Assembly: GCA_051294375.1 (NCBI GenBank)
Contig: CM119267.1
Location: 3,221,344 to 3,285,343 of the forward strand
Source: Paraspadella gotoi
Lineage: Eukaryota > Animalia > Chaetognatha
Direction of reading: 5' to 3'
DNA length: 64,000 bases
The first letter of the stretch is position 1, and each line of letters begins with the position of its first letter. The notes beneath the pieces are model-generated. The model worked only from the letters and a program-made list of their open reading frames with translations, made no database searches and was not told the DNA's origin. The position numbers were made by a program, and so were the translations under genes. Shown in pieces: positions 26,641 through 40,630 of the stretch.

Positions 26641-27041
26641 TTACAAGCGTAACGAAAGTGAGGAACCTGGTTTCGAACCCTGAGTTATCCGGCAACGTGA
26701 CCTACGCTCAATCCGCCGACCCAACGACGCGATCGAGTCACGTGACCCATTTCTATGGGCAGCGGGAAAAACGAGGTCACGTGACGGTCGATGCCGAAGG
26801 CGGCCAGGCGGCCTTCTCCCTCGACGAGTGTGGTCATAAAGGGTCACGTGGTCGAAGAGTCACGCGGTCACGTGATCCAAAGGTCAATCTCACGTGATCC
26901 CGTCGATGAATTTTCGTCGCGAGCGTAAACACGACGACAATGAAGATGACGATGACGATGACGATGACGACGATGACGACGATGACGATTTTCCCGCCAT
27001 CTGGCGAAGTCGACGAAAGGCTGCGGAAACGAAGAGGATGT

Positions 27042-27081
<40 letters not shown>

Positions 27082-27665
27082 CAAAACCATGGATCCATAA
27101 GGGATTCGCTGTAATGAAAATACGAGACTGAGGATTACCTACAGTGGAGTCCGTTTGAAACGGTTCTTCGATCGTAAAGAGTTAAAAGTCGCTCTCTGTG
27201 AATCGCGATTAGGATTAAGATGAAGAGAAGTGACAACAACGACAACAACGACAACAACGACGATGTCGAGAACCAGTGAGAAAGATCCGCGTCGACGACG
27301 ACGACGACGACAACGACGACGACTGTGACGACGACGACGACCGTGACGAAATCGACTTAATGGAAAAATCGCTTATTAATTAATTTCCTTCTCGGGGGAT
27401 TTTGAAATCCTCTTTTCTCTTCTCTCTCTTTTTTCTTTTCTTTTTTTTTTTTCTTTTCTTTTTTTGTCTCAACGTTAATCCGATTTTGAGTTTCTTCTTT
27501 CTTCTCTTTCCGCTTCTTTTCTTTTCTTTTCTTTTCTTTTCTTTTCCTATCTTTACATTTCCTTTACTCTTTCATTATATTTTTTTTTAATATTTTTATT
27601 TTTTCCCAATTTTTCTTCTCCGTTTCGTTGGCAGGAAATGGGGAGAAACTAGTGAGAAGAGAGAG

Positions 27666-27733
<68 letters not shown>

Positions 27734-27824
27734 GATAGAGAGAGAGAGAGAGAAAAAACAACAAAAACAAATGGATTAACGGTATGAAAAAAAATGGCAA
27801 CGAAAGGGTGGTCTGAGAGAGAGA

Positions 27825-27867
<43 letters not shown>

Positions 27868-27872
27868 AGATG

Positions 27873-27933
<61 letters not shown>

Positions 27934-28001
27934 GGCAGATTCTCTTGAAGGGACTTTAAGAAATCCCCACACCTACGAACGAGTTGGCACTTAGACGCCA
28001 T
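26641..28001 (-). CDS. Putative spliced gene, possible membrane protein (MASKCQLVR... hydrophobic SLLSLLSLLFILILIAI... MDPWFW) (duplicate ~16690-18058)
   Basis: caagATGGCG start context; candidate exons ~28001-27973, ~27356-27139 and 27108-~26641; removing a 30-nt GT-AG intron removes an in-frame stop in copy B. Frames are disturbed by indels. Confidence 0.35.
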
Positions 28002-29524
28002 CTTGGAATGTGTGATCCGCTTTTCCGACTTCGCGCGATTTTTTTCCCCCGATTTTATATCCGTTATTAATTAGGTTTTTACGCTTTTCGCTGTCGTAAT
28101 TCTTTTTTATTAGTTTTTTATTTCGTGATATTTTATTAAGCCAATAGCGCGCTATCTTGAACTTAGTTTCCTCTACTTTGATATGAGATTCTAAATATAT
28201 TTTAGGCTTCATAAATTTCTTGCACAGCGACTTTATTTCGAACCCAGTGGCTCACGACAGAATTGTGTTATTTATTGATTTTTTCCGGAATAAATCCTTA
28301 AGAATAAATCCTTAAGAATAAATCCTTAAGAAACGCACTTCTCTTCGCCATAATTTTCGTGGCAAGTCGCAAGTGGTAAGTTTAAGTGGTAAGGGTCGAG
28401 TGGTTACTATTAAGTGGCAATCGGTAAGTCTCGAGTGGTAAGTGTCCACTGGTAAGTGTCAAGTGGTAAATGTCAACTGGTAAGCGTGGAGTGGTAGGTG
28501 TCAAGTGGTAAGTCTCAAGTGGTATGTGTCAACCGGTAAGTGTCGAGTGGTAAGTGTGAAGTGGTAAGTGTCGAGTGGTAAATATTAAGTGGCAATTGAC
28601 AAGTGTCAAGACTCAACCGAATTCGATTTTCCTCCCAGAGTTAATTCCAGTAAATGTGACTCCTTGAGCTCCTTTCCTGCTAGAGTTAATTTACTTTTTT
28701 TAAGCAACTAAATTCCATCTCTCGTTGACTTTTGATTTTATCCTTTGCTTTTTTTCGTTTTGCTTTTTCTTCTGCATTTTTTTATTAGCTCTCTTTCGTC
28801 GACGACGTTAATGAAAGGGATTTCGTGCGAAGGACTCATTATGGTCCGTGACTTGAAATTGCACGGAGGTCGCAATGGCTGAATGCCTTGGAACCGGGAT
28901 AGAGGAATCAGTTGTAGTGATTTTAATCCCGTGGAATCCGCTGTGGTGAATGTCATACTCAACTTCCCTATAAAATCTGAAGACTGATTCGTGGGGGGGG
29001 GTCTTAAAGCGTAACCATGACAACGAAAAAGCTTCTAGGCCGAATCGATTTGAAAGTCAATGACGACGAAAGAAAAGAAGAATAAGAATTTGGTCTCTTT
29101 TTTTTGGTCCAAAAATAAATCGAGTTGGTTCCAAGTTGACTTTCGGCATTGTCAAGTCGAGTCAGGGCAAGTGGTCAGAGCGAACAGGGCTGGTCAGAGG
29201 ACAGGGCAGTGATCAGGGTTATATCTTTCTGTGCCGCATTGTGTTTCGACATATTCGAGCCAAGAATTTAACTTCATTTTCCGCATTAAATACTAACTGC
29301 TTATTTAACTGCTTATTTAAGCAGTGCTTAAATATATTGATTAAAGCAAATGAGCAATAAGCATTAAGCATCATAGGAAGACCGTTGAATATTGGGAATA
29401 TTGCATGACGTCACAAGTTCATATCTTTTCTCCATTTTTAGTAATAAAATTATACAATAGTTTAGTTGACAGGAATTAAGCTCAATTTTTGGTATCCTTG
29501 ATACAAAATCGTATTACAATTGCA

Positions 29525-30050
29525 GCCCATATTTCAACACCCCAGGTCTCGTCGACACCCAGTTCCCTGAGTCTCGACACACCCTGTTTCGACACTCCAA
29601 GTCTGAACGACACCCCGAGTCTCGACATTTATCGGGACGAATGCATCACGAAAGAAATAAATTTAGAACAAAAACAGAAAAAAAAAGAAAGAAAAAGAAA
29701 AAGAAAATGAATGAGACACGAAAGTCGAAAAAAAGGAAAAATATTATTTTTTTTTCTTCCTTGAGATACGAGTTAGGGAGAGGAAGACGACGACGATGAT
29801 GATGACGACGACGACGACGACGAAAACGACGACGACGACGACGACGACGACGAAGGATCTCATCCGCGGGGCGAACGTCAAGGTTGACATCAAGGATGAC
29901 GTCTTTATGGAACGGGTCGCGGACAACGATGAAAGTGACGTCCCTCGGGTTCACATCGACGACGACGACGACGACGACGACGACATGTTACGGCGAAGAT
30001 GGTTCCACGACGACAACAACGACCTCCACCATCGGAGTGTCTTTTGTCCG
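29525..30050 (+). CDS. Putative exon (HISTPQVSSTPSSLSLDTPCFDTPSLNDTPSLDIYRDEC...)
   Basis: ttgcag| acceptor, DTP repeats, and a frame-preserving 15-nt indel between copies. Strand of the distal half is ambiguous (minus ORF 29646-29954 also reads plausibly). Confidence 0.3.
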
Positions 30051-30051
30051 A

Positions 30052-30082
<31 letters not shown>

Positions 30083-30589
30083 ACGCCTTCAAACAAACAA
30101 CGAATTCGTTTTGATGAAAAACCGTAATTAATTTTCTCTTTATTATTACTTTTTGATTTTATCTTTGGAATCGACGACTACGACGACGACGACGACGACG
30201 ATGGCCACTATGACCACGATGAAGAAAATCCACTCTCCAGGAAAAAGGCTGGTTTAGTTTTTAAAAAAACCTACGGAAATTTTAAATACTACATTTGAAT
30301 TTCGAAAAGAAAATAAAATTAACAAATGAACAGCGGAAAACAAAAACCGATTGGAACCTAAAACGAAATATTCATTTTGTTGCTTTTCTGTGGACTTTCT
30401 CTCTCTCTCTGTCTGTCACTCTCTGACGGTCTCTCTCTGTCTCTGTCTGTCTCTTTTTTTTTCTCCCTCGTTGTTGAAATTTGCATCTGAATTGAAATCA
30501 CGCTGAGAATATATTTTCCTTTTTTTTATCGTGCATTTTATATGTTTTATATGTTTTTAAATGTTTTTACAGTACTCGTAAATCGTAAC

Positions 30590-31384
30590 AAACTTTTGGG
30601 CACATCAAGCGTATTTAGATTTACATTATAATTAGAAAAAACAAAATCAGAAGTAACAAATTTAAAAATGCATTATTTGTAATAAAAAAAAACCAACAAA
30701 CTCAGTTTTTTTTTCTAAAAGAAAGAAGTGGCTGTGAGCTATGGTGTCTACTGTCTACAGCTTTTTAAAAATCCCCGATGGAAATTTAATGACAAAAAAA
30801 AACTTTTTTTTCACTGAACAAAAGTATTTTTTCGTTCTTTCTCTTTTTTTTTTACTTTTTTTTCTCTAGGGCAGATTTTAGAGGCGTTTCGAACGAGACA
30901 AATAAAAAGGAGCAGACATATTAATTTGGGATTAGAACAGAAGCCGTCTTGCTCTTGAGAAAGAGAGAGAGAGAGAGAGAAAAAAAAGAGAGAGATAAAC
31001 TTTTGGGCACATCAAGCGTATTTAGATTTACATTATAATTAGAAAAAAATAATCGAAGTTACCAATTTAAAATGCATTATTTGTATATTAAAAAAAACGC
31101 AACAAACTCAGTTTTTTCTTTCTAAAAGAAAGAAGTTGGCTGTGAGCTAGTGGTGTTCTACTGTCTACAGCTTTTTAAGAAATCCCCGATGGAAATCTTA
31201 AATGAAAAAAAAAAGCGGGCTACAAATTTTTTTTTCACTGGAAAAAAGTATTTTTTCGGTTCTTTCTCTTTTTTTTTTTATACTTTTTTTTCTCTAGGCG
31301 CAGATTCTTAGAGGGTTTCGACGAGACAATAAAAGGAGCAGACATATTAATTTGGATTAGAAAGAAGCGTCATTGCTTTTGAAA
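30590..31384 (+). repeat. Tandem duplication of ~405 bp ending at a 25-N gap
   Basis: aaacttttgggcacatcaagcg... at 30590 and 30997. Confidence 0.9.
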
Positions 31385-31409
31385 NNNNNNNNNNNNNNNN
31401 NNNNNNNNN

Positions 31410-31445
<36 letters not shown>

Positions 31446-32729
31446 GGCCTTTTTTTCTTTCAAGTTCCCTATATTTTTGTTAAGGACTTTAATCTTTTAA
31501 AAGGTTTTCTCCGTCACTAAAGAAGCGAATTCGTTTCTTTTGTTTGTCATTTCGTCTTTCGTTTCTCGACTCGAGGTGGCGCTGCGCCATCGCGTCATCG
31601 CATCCCTACGCCACCTTCTGTTCTCTTCGCCACAGTGATCTCTCGAGCGTTGTTTCTGCTTTCCGAACTTTTTCCACTGTGCCGAGTTGGAGTCTTCAGA
31701 GTCGAGAGCGGATTACCCTAAATTCTAGAAACGTTGTTCGCGTGGCGTCTCGAGTCTTCGAATCTCAAACCTTCTTTCTTTTTTGTGTTTTTTCTTTTTT
31801 ATTCTTTCCTCTTTCTCTTCCTCTCTCTGTTTACCTTTTCTAGTGCATCGTTCCACTTCACTTTTTTTCTACTTCCCTTCTTTTTACATTTTTAAAATTT
31901 CTCTTTTTAGTTGTCATTTTTCTTTTCTTTTCAATACTTCCGCCCTATCTTTATTACTCCTCTCTCTCTCTCTCTCTCTTCTTTCTCTCTCTCTCTCTCT
32001 CTGCTCTCTCTCTCTCTCTTCTCTCTTCTCTCTCTCTCTCTCCTCTCTCTCTCTCTTTTTCTCTCCTCTCTTTCTCTCTCCCACTTTAACATATATTCAT
32101 TTCCCTTGAAAATTGTTAGATCAGAAGTTTCCAACAAAAAAAAATGCATTTTTCTATTTAAATACTTTTTCTGGAGTTTCATTCGACCTCTTTTTAACCG
32201 ATTGGAAGACACGACGACGACAACGACGACAACGACGACGGACAACAGCAACAACAACAGCAGAGCAGCAGCCAGCAGCAGCCGCAAGAACAATCCCCCG
32301 ACTGAAGAAAACTAAAGAATTCCACCTCTTTAAACTCAATTCCCCACGCCTGAAGTATCGCGTCACCTTTTGCTAAACCGCTAAACTTACCACCAACATT
32401 AACCTTTCCCGAGGTAAGTGGGAAGAAATCGGAGAGAAATCCAGCTAAAACTTACCCACTTTTCGGGTTCAAAGAGAAATTTTATGACGAGAAGAAAGCG
32501 TTCATGGAAAGAAGGTAAGGTGAGAAACGGAAAGGAAAGGAAAAGGAAAGGAAAAGGAAAGGAAAGGAAAAAGGAAAGGAAAGAAAGGAAAGAAGGAAGG
32601 AAAGGAAAGATAAACGTAAAGGAGTACTATTTTCCGTAAACCCCACATTTCTGTTCCTCAACTCGGAATTTAATTTTTCAAATTTTTAAATAACTCAGAA
32701 TTACAATAGTTTTTATGTTTGAAAGATAT

Positions 32730-32895
32730 TAATTTAAGGGATAAGGATTAGATTTAAGATTAATTTATAAGGGATAAGGATTTAAGTTTAAGTTAGGGTT
32801 TAGGATTAGGGATTGAGAAAAAATTTGGTTAATACTTTTGGTTGGAATTAGGGTTTGATGGGGGATAAGTATTACGAATATAGGGTTAGGAATAT
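32730..32895 (+). repeat. Degenerate TTAGGG/TTAGGA-like tract
   Basis: gttagggtttaggattagggattg, ttagggtttg, tagggttagg; short and interrupted. Confidence 0.45.
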
Positions 32896-33064
32896 TAAAC
32901 TATTTTAATTGCTTGAACAGCTAAAATGGGGCCGTTTCGCCCAAAAGATGGCAAGCAATTATGTAAAACTAAAATTGAAAAGTGACTAAAATGGGAAATG
33001 GATTGAAAAGTTTAAGATTGAGAAAGGAATTTGTAAGTGTAGATGGAAGAGAGAGAGAGAGAGC

Positions 33065-33099
<35 letters not shown>

Positions 33100-36000
33100 A
33101 GGAGAGAGAGACGAGAGAGAGTGAGTAAGAGAGAAGAGAGAGAGAGAAGAGAGAAAAGAGGAAAGCACAATCTTCCCAAAAATTCGTTGTTTGAGCGAAA
33201 TAAAATTCGAATTTGCTAGAAAAAAAATATTTTTGTAAATAAAATGCGAAAAATATTAAAGACCACAATTTTGAAAAAAAAATTATGTCTCAAGGAAACG
33301 AATAAGAACGAAATTCGCGAAGACGAAAAGAAAGAAAATTTTAAAAAATCGCAATAAAAGTATAAACGGAAAAAAAAGATATTTAAGTACAAAAAATACA
33401 ATTCTACAAAAAAAAAAAAAAAAATTAATCAACAACGAAAGACCAATACAAAAAAGGTAGTTCAAACGAAAACAATACTAAAAAGAAATTTACAAAACAA
33501 AAAAATTAAACAAAAAAAGCTGTCGAAGTCGGAGGCGGAAATTTGAAATTCCGGAGAAGGGAAATCGGGGCGGGAGGGAAAAATTAGCGAGAGAGAGAGA
33601 GAGAAGAGTAGAGAGATGAGAGAGAGAGAGAGAGAGGAGAGGAGAGAGAGAGAGAGACGAGAGAGAGAGAGAGACACTGAGCCAGAAACGGAAGTTTCGT
33701 CCCGCCCCGATTCCCTTACTCCGGAAATTTCAAATTTCCGCCTCCGACTTCCGACAGCTTTTTTTGTTTTAAATTTTTTGTTTTGTAAATTTCTTTTTAG
33801 TATGTTTTCGGTTTGTGTGAACTGAACCTTTTGTATTGGTGCTTTCGTTGTTGATTAATTTTTTTTTTTTTTTGTAGAATTGTATTTTGTACGTTAAAAT
33901 CTTTTTTTTTCCGTTTATACTTTTATTTGCGAATTTTAAAAATTTTGTCTGTTCTTTTCGTCTTCGCGAATTTCGTTCTTATTTCGTTTCCTTTGAGACT
34001 TAATTTTTTTCCAAAATTTATGGTCTTTAATACTTTTTTCGCATTTATTTACAAAATATGTTTTGTCTAGCAAATTCGATTTTATTTCGCTCAAACACGA
34101 GAATTTTTTGGGGAAAGATTTGCTGCTTTCCTCGGTTCTCTTCGGCTTCTCTCGTCATCGACTCTCTCTCTCTCGTACTTCTCTCTACTCTCTGTGCATC
34201 CTCTCTTCTCTCTCTCATCGCTCTTCTGCTCTCTTTCTCTCCTCTTCGAATACACTCTCAAATTCGTATTCTCGGAACTTATTCTTTATATTATCGTTTT
34301 TTCTTTAATCCTAATTTCCCATCTGTCGATCACTTTTCATTTTTAGTTTACATATATTGCTCCTGGCCATCTTTGTGGGCGAGATAGGCCCACCGCCCCA
34401 TTTTTAGTCTGTCCATACAGTGCAAGTTAAAACTATTCTCCTTCCTATTCTAACCCTAATTATCTCGTTGAACTAATATCAACTATATCCACCTCCAAAT
34501 CATAACAAACCCCTAATTCCAACCAAAAGTAATAAACCTCAAATTTATTCTCTCCATATACACCTATTTCCCTTAAAAAAGAACCTAACTTAAACTTAAT
34601 CTCTCTTATCCGCCTTAATACAATTATATCTTAATAATCTAATCCTTCATATCGCTTAAATTAATCTCTTTCAACATAATAATATGGCACTAATCTATTG
34701 ATTAATCCAAGTAATGTTCTGAAATTTTAGAGCACTTTCGAAAACCTGTAAAACAACGCTTCGCGCCTCCTAGTTCCACCCTTTGTTAGGTTGACATGCA
34801 GCTGGTATTTAATTGTTGTGGTGGTCTGTTGTTCCTACTTTGTCGATTTGTATTAAATAGTACCTTACGTTTAATTCTCTTTCCTTTCACTTTCTCTTTT
34901 CTCTTTCCTTTTCCTTTTCGCTTTTGTTCTCCTTTTCATCCTTCCTCTTGCCCTTTTCCTTTCCTTAATAACTTTGCCTTTCGCCGCTCTTTCTCTTTTC
35001 TCACTTTTTTTATCCTTCTTTCACCTATGAACCTTTGGCCCTCTCTCGTCCTCAGATATTTCTCTTTTGAACCCGAAAAGGGATAAAGGTTAAGTTTAGT
35101 CTGATTTCTCCTCGTTTTTAACGCATCTTTATCTCCGGGATAGGTTTTATAATGCGTGTTTTGTGTTAAGTTCCCTGATCTCGTGTTTAGCTCAGAATAG
35201 GTGAGCGCGTATTTAGGCTGTGTCCATTGTTTCGTGAATGTGGAGTTCTAGAGTGTATGTGTAAGAATTGCTTAGGTTTTTAGTTCTACGTTCTGGGGAA
35301 TATTTCGTATTTCGCTGTTGCTGCTGCTGCTGTGATCTGCTGGTTGTTGTTGCTAAGTTTGCGTAACTCTGATTCTGATTGTCGTCGTATGTTTCGTCCG
35401 TTCGGTCTCCAATATCGAGTATAATAGTAAGGAAATCGTATTGAAATCTTCCACGAAAAAGTATTTCCGGACACCCTATTACGAAACAATGCAGTTTTTT
35501 TTTGTTGAAAACTTCTGCATCTAAACAATTTTTCCAAGGGAAATGGAAATAGGTATGTTAAATGAGAGAGAAGAGAGAGAATAGGAAGAACCAGAATGAA
35601 AAGGACAAAAGAAGCACGAGAGAGAGACGGAAGAGGATGAGAGATCGAGAAGAGGAGAGAAGAGAGAGAGAGAGAGGATGAGAGATGAGATAGAGAGAGG
35701 AGAGAAGAAATGAAGAGAGAGCGGGGAGAGAGTATAAAGAGTGGGCGCGGAAGATTTGAAAAGAAACGAAAAACAATTGACAACTAAAAGCAGAAGATTT
35801 TAAAAATGTAAAAAAGAAGGAAGGTAGAAAAAATAAGTGGTAACGATGCCACTTAGAAAAGGTAAACATTGAGAGAGAAGAGAAGAGGGAAAGAATAGAA
35901 AAAAAACAAAAAACACATAAAAAAAAAGAAGTGTTTGAGATTCGAAGACTCGAGACGCCACGCGATGAACAACGTTTCTCGAATTGGATGAGGGTTAATC

Positions 36001-37870
36001 CGCTCTCGACTCTGGAAGACTCCAACTGCGGCACAGTGGAAAAGATTCGGTAAAGCCAGAAGACAACGCTCGAGAGGATCACTTGCGTTAGGACGAAGAC
36101 AGTAAGGTGGCGTAGGAATGCGATGACGCCGATGTCGCAGGCAGCCACCTCGGATCGCAGACAGACGGAAAGACGATAATGACAAAAAAAGAAACGAATT
36201 CCGCTTCTTTGATGACGGAGAAAACCTTTAAAGATTAAAGTTCCTATTACATAAAGATATGAGGGAACTTAAGAAAAGAAAGAAAGCCTAATCTCTCTGC
36301 TCTCTCCTTCTCTCTTCTCTCTCTCTCTTCTCTCTCTCTCGTCTCTCTCTCTTCTCTCTTCTCTCTCTCTCTCTCTTTCAAAAGCAAGACGCTTCTTTTC
36401 TAATCCCAAATTAATATGTTGCTCCTTTTATTTGTCTCGTTCGAAACACCTCTAAAATCTGCCCTAGAGAAAAAAAGTCATAAAAAAAAAAGAGAGAAAG
36501 AACGAACAAAATACTTCTTTTCCAGTGAAAAAAAAAGTTCCTTTCTTCGGTCTTGTTTTTTTTCATTAAGAATATAATCCATCGGGGATTTCTTAAAACT
36601 AGCTCGTAGGGACAGTAGACACTATAGCTCACAGCCACTTCTTTCTTTTAGAAAAAAAACTGAGTTGTTGGTTTTTTTTTATTACAGAATAACTCGCAGT
36701 TTTTGAAATTTGTTAAGACTTCTGAGCAGATTTTCATTATATTTTAAGTAATATAATGTGGAAGAATCGTAAAAAACAATGAGCGCTTGGGAAGGTGGTG
36801 AGCCGCAGAAGAGTGGTGTGTTACGATTTTACTGCTGAAACGCCAGTAGATGTAAAAACATTTAAAAACTATAAAACATATAAAATGCACGATTAAAAGG
36901 AAAAGGCCGCACAAAAATGATTATTTTCAGCTCCGTGTATTTTCCGAGAATATACGAGATGACAAATTTCAAACAACGTAGGGTTCTTGAGATAAAATTT
37001 AACCCCAGAAAGAAAATTTAAAAAGGAAGACCGTGACAAGAGCGAAAACACAGCAGTGAGAGACCGTAGCCCAGGCCTTTAGTGGGTACTAGCAAGACCG
37101 AGAGAGATAGGAAATAAGTACAAAACGAAAAGACCTCCAAATAGCTGCAAAATGTAATATTTCGTTCCGTGGATTAGTTTGTAAGCCAATCGGGATGGGT
37201 GTTGTGCTTTTCCTCTCTCTGGTTCATTTGCTTAAAATTTTATTTTTTCTTTTGCGAGAAATATCAAAAATTTGTTACCGATGTATATCTTAAAAAATTG
37301 TGCGTGGCTATTAGAAGGGCTTTTTTTTAAGAACTAAAGCCAGCCTTGATATATAACTAGAAGAGAAGAGTGAGAATTATTCATATTCTTTATTCCGTGG
37401 GTACGCAATCAGTTGGTAATCCCTCAGTCTCGCCACGTCGTTGTCGTCGTATCTAAGTCGTCACGGAATCGTCTTCGTAGTGATCGAATACGATAAATCC
37501 ATATAAAGTGATTCAATACTCAAGAAGAAGTTGGACTAAATATAAAAGAGAAATATTTAGATATACCGCGCTTTTTTCATCTAAAAGCAGATATTATTTC
37601 GTTGGTGAAATGTATTGAAGTGGACAGCGTAACAACCAAAAAATTGTAACGAAGTTTACGTACTTTTGTTATTTTTCGGAAGGGAGAAAGTGCTTTAACG
37701 TAATGGAGCACCATAGAGAGTATGCAATTGATGAGAGAATATGATGAGATGATGTAGATGAACTGGAGATCCGCAGAAGAGGAGACGGAGACGATTATAC
37801 GATGACAATTGATGTTTTATCGAGTTGTTTGCTTTTTTAGATGTGNNNNNNNNNNNNNNNNNNNNNNNNN

Positions 37871-40460
37871 GGATTTATTCAAACGAGATGCTGGGACTTG
37901 AATTGAGTCCCTCTTTCGATTTGACGCAAAATCGCGAAATTCGAGTTGAATCGACGAATTTGAAAAACAAAAGACAAACGAAGTCGGTTTTTTGGTTTCT
38001 AATTAATTAGTAATCGAGTTGAGTTTAACTCGTTTTTTTTTAAACGATTTTAATTAATATTACATATTAGATTATCCAACATTCCAATATTCATTCAATA
38101 AGTAATTCCTTGAAATCGGCTATCCCTCTTACAAGATAATAATTTAGCAGGATCCAGCAAGCTTTTAATCAACGTAAGTTTATTAACCAGAATTTTCTAT
38201 GAATGAAGTGGTAGAATGTTTTTGAGAAATTTCAATTGTACGTAAGAGAATGACTCCCTTGAGATTCCTTGAGATCGGGGAATACTATATTGTACTTCAC
38301 ACTATAATAAATATAATTCGTTGTTGAATCGAGAAATACGATTTCGATTTAGTTATTTTGTGATAGGAATCCAAGTGATCTCAATCTCACAAGAATTATC
38401 TCTTTGGATTCGCTTAATCTTCTTACTGAAAATAACAACGCGAAGCAAAGAGATTTGACAAGTCACAGTCAATTTAATAGATTTTTGGGAAACAATGTTA
38501 AATCTATTTTAAGCCACTGTGGAAGGAAGATTTAAAAAGAATTAATATTCACAGTGAACAAGGATAAGGACTCTAGTCTGTCTCGTGTCAAATATTGCAT
38601 TTCTTATCAATATATATAATACGAGTTAAAAAAAAAAAGCCAAAAAAAGAATAAAACTGAAAATTTATAGCTTAAGCCTTATTTAACGAAAGTAAGAAAT
38701 AAAAAAAACAGCAAAAAACATTAACTACAACTTAACTTTTACAACGACGACGACGACGACGACGNNNNNNNNNNNNNNNNNNNNNNNNNAATCAACAACG
38801 ACAGACCAAAACAAAAATCGTAGTTTTTTGTCAAACGCGGGAAAACAAATCCGTTTAATACAGCCTGTGAGATCCCGCAATCCACTTGCTTATAAATAAA
38901 AGCTTAATAATAAAAAAGGAAATTACAAACAAAAAAATTAAACAAAAAAAAAAGCTGTCGGAAAGGTTCAGGAGTGCGGGGGTAAACATCATTTGAAAAA
39001 TGAAAAATTCGGAGGGAAAGGAAGAAAGCGGGATAATCGGGCAGGGAACGGAACTCCCACCGCGCTCTGTCCGTGTTTGTGGTTGCTCTCCTCCTTACCT
39101 CTCTACATCTCATCCATTCTTCTCTTCTCTTCTTCTTTCTCTTCTCTCTCTCTCTCTCCTTCTCTCTCATTCTCCTCTCTCTCGGCCTAATTTTTTCCCT
39201 CGAGCGACGAATTTTATTTTTTTCATCTTTTTCTTTTTTTCTTTTTTTTTTGTCAAACGAGTAGATTGCTGGGGACATTGAGTTGAAGTATCACCTCTTT
39301 TCAGTTTGTTTTTTGTTTTGATCGGCCAAAATCTGCGCAAATTCGGTAGCCCTTGTATTGAAAAACTCTGCAATCTGCGTTGGGGATGAATGTGTGTGGT
39401 GAAAAGCGACAGAATGTTGAAAAAAAAAAAAAAAAAACCAAAAAAGACCAACGCGAAGAATCGGGTTAATTTTGTGTTTTCCTATTATTTATAGTAAATT
39501 CGATAGGTTGGTTTTAACTCGTTTTTTTTTTTTTTTTTTTTTGTTAAAACGATTTTAATTAATATTACATATTTAGGATTATCTTCCAACATTCCAATAA
39601 TTCATTCAATAAGTAATTTCCTTGAAAATCGGCTATATACCCTCTTACAAGATAATAATTTAGCAGGATTCCAGCAAGGCTTTTAAATTCAACACGTAAG
39701 TTTACTTTAACCAGAATTTCTTATGAATGAAGGGTATTAGTTTAGATGTTTATTGAGAAAATTTCAATTGTACGTACGAGAATGAACTCCCTTGAGATTC
39801 CTTTGAGATCGCAGGCGTCGTTTATATTATGTTACTATTATTGACTTCACACGGTATAATAAATAAAATTCGTTGTTTGATTGAGAAAATTACGGATTTT
39901 CGATTAGTTATTTTGTGTGATAGGACATCCAAGTGATCTCAAATCCTCCAAAAAAACAAAGGGAAGAATTTTAATTTTTTTTTTTTTTTTTTTTTTCCCT
40001 TCTGGGATTCGCTTAATCTTCTTATGAAAATAACAACGCGAAGCAGAAAGAGATTTTTGACAAGGGTCCACAGTCAATTTAAATAGATTTTTGGGAGGCA
40101 TCACTGTCATCCAAGTCTTTGTCCATCCAGGGTGTCGGCGAGGCACTTCAGACGACTCGACGGCGGAACATGGTTAATCATTTTAAGCCACTGGAAGGAA
40201 GATTTAAAAAGAATTAATATCACAGTGAAACAAGGGTTAAGGACTCCATAGCGTCTCGTGTCAAATATTGCATTTCTTATCAATTATATAAATTAACGAA
40301 GCTTAAAAAAAAAAAAGCCAAAAAAAGAAAATAAAATGAAAATTTTTATAGGCTTAAGCCTTATTAGAACGAAAAGTAAGAGAAATTTAAAAAATAACAG
40401 CAAAAAAAAAACATTAACTACAACTTAACTTTACAACGGACGCGACGGACGACGACGAAA
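37871..40460 (+). repeat. Direct duplication 37871-38764 versus ~39250-40460 (noisy)
   Basis: Collinear; second copy insertion-rich; first copy bounded by two 25-N gaps. Confidence 0.88.
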
Positions 40461-40571
40461 ACAACTTTGTTTGAAGTCGACCGCACCGCAGCTGCAGATT
40501 CTGCTTGAATTGGCGGGGGAATTTCACTCTTCTCTCTCTCTATCTCTCTCTCTCTCTTCTTCTCTCTCCTT

Positions 40572-40630
<59 letters not shown>

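Larger units (their letters stand above)
10564..29790 (+). repeat. Tandem duplication of ~9.8 kb (A 10564-20376, B 20377-29790)
   Basis: Collinear; junction gaggaagacgacgac|tcttcctc at ~20377. Confidence 0.95.
30080..37640. repeat. Large inverted repeat (fold-back), arms ~30080-33577 and ~33695-37640
   Basis: gctgtcgaagtcggaggcggaaatttgaaattccgg (33519) versus ccggaaatttcaaatttccgcctccgacttccgacagc (33721); homology continues outward; right arm very noisy. Confidence 0.92.

Noticed and set aside
29860-29954. BTB domain start (minus strand DVTFIV)
   Set aside because: No following BTB motif (F.AHK..LA..S..F); runs into a trinucleotide repeat.
32730-32895. True telomere or telomere fusion near the fold-back
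   Set aside because: Short, degenerate and ~700 bp from the fold-back centre.
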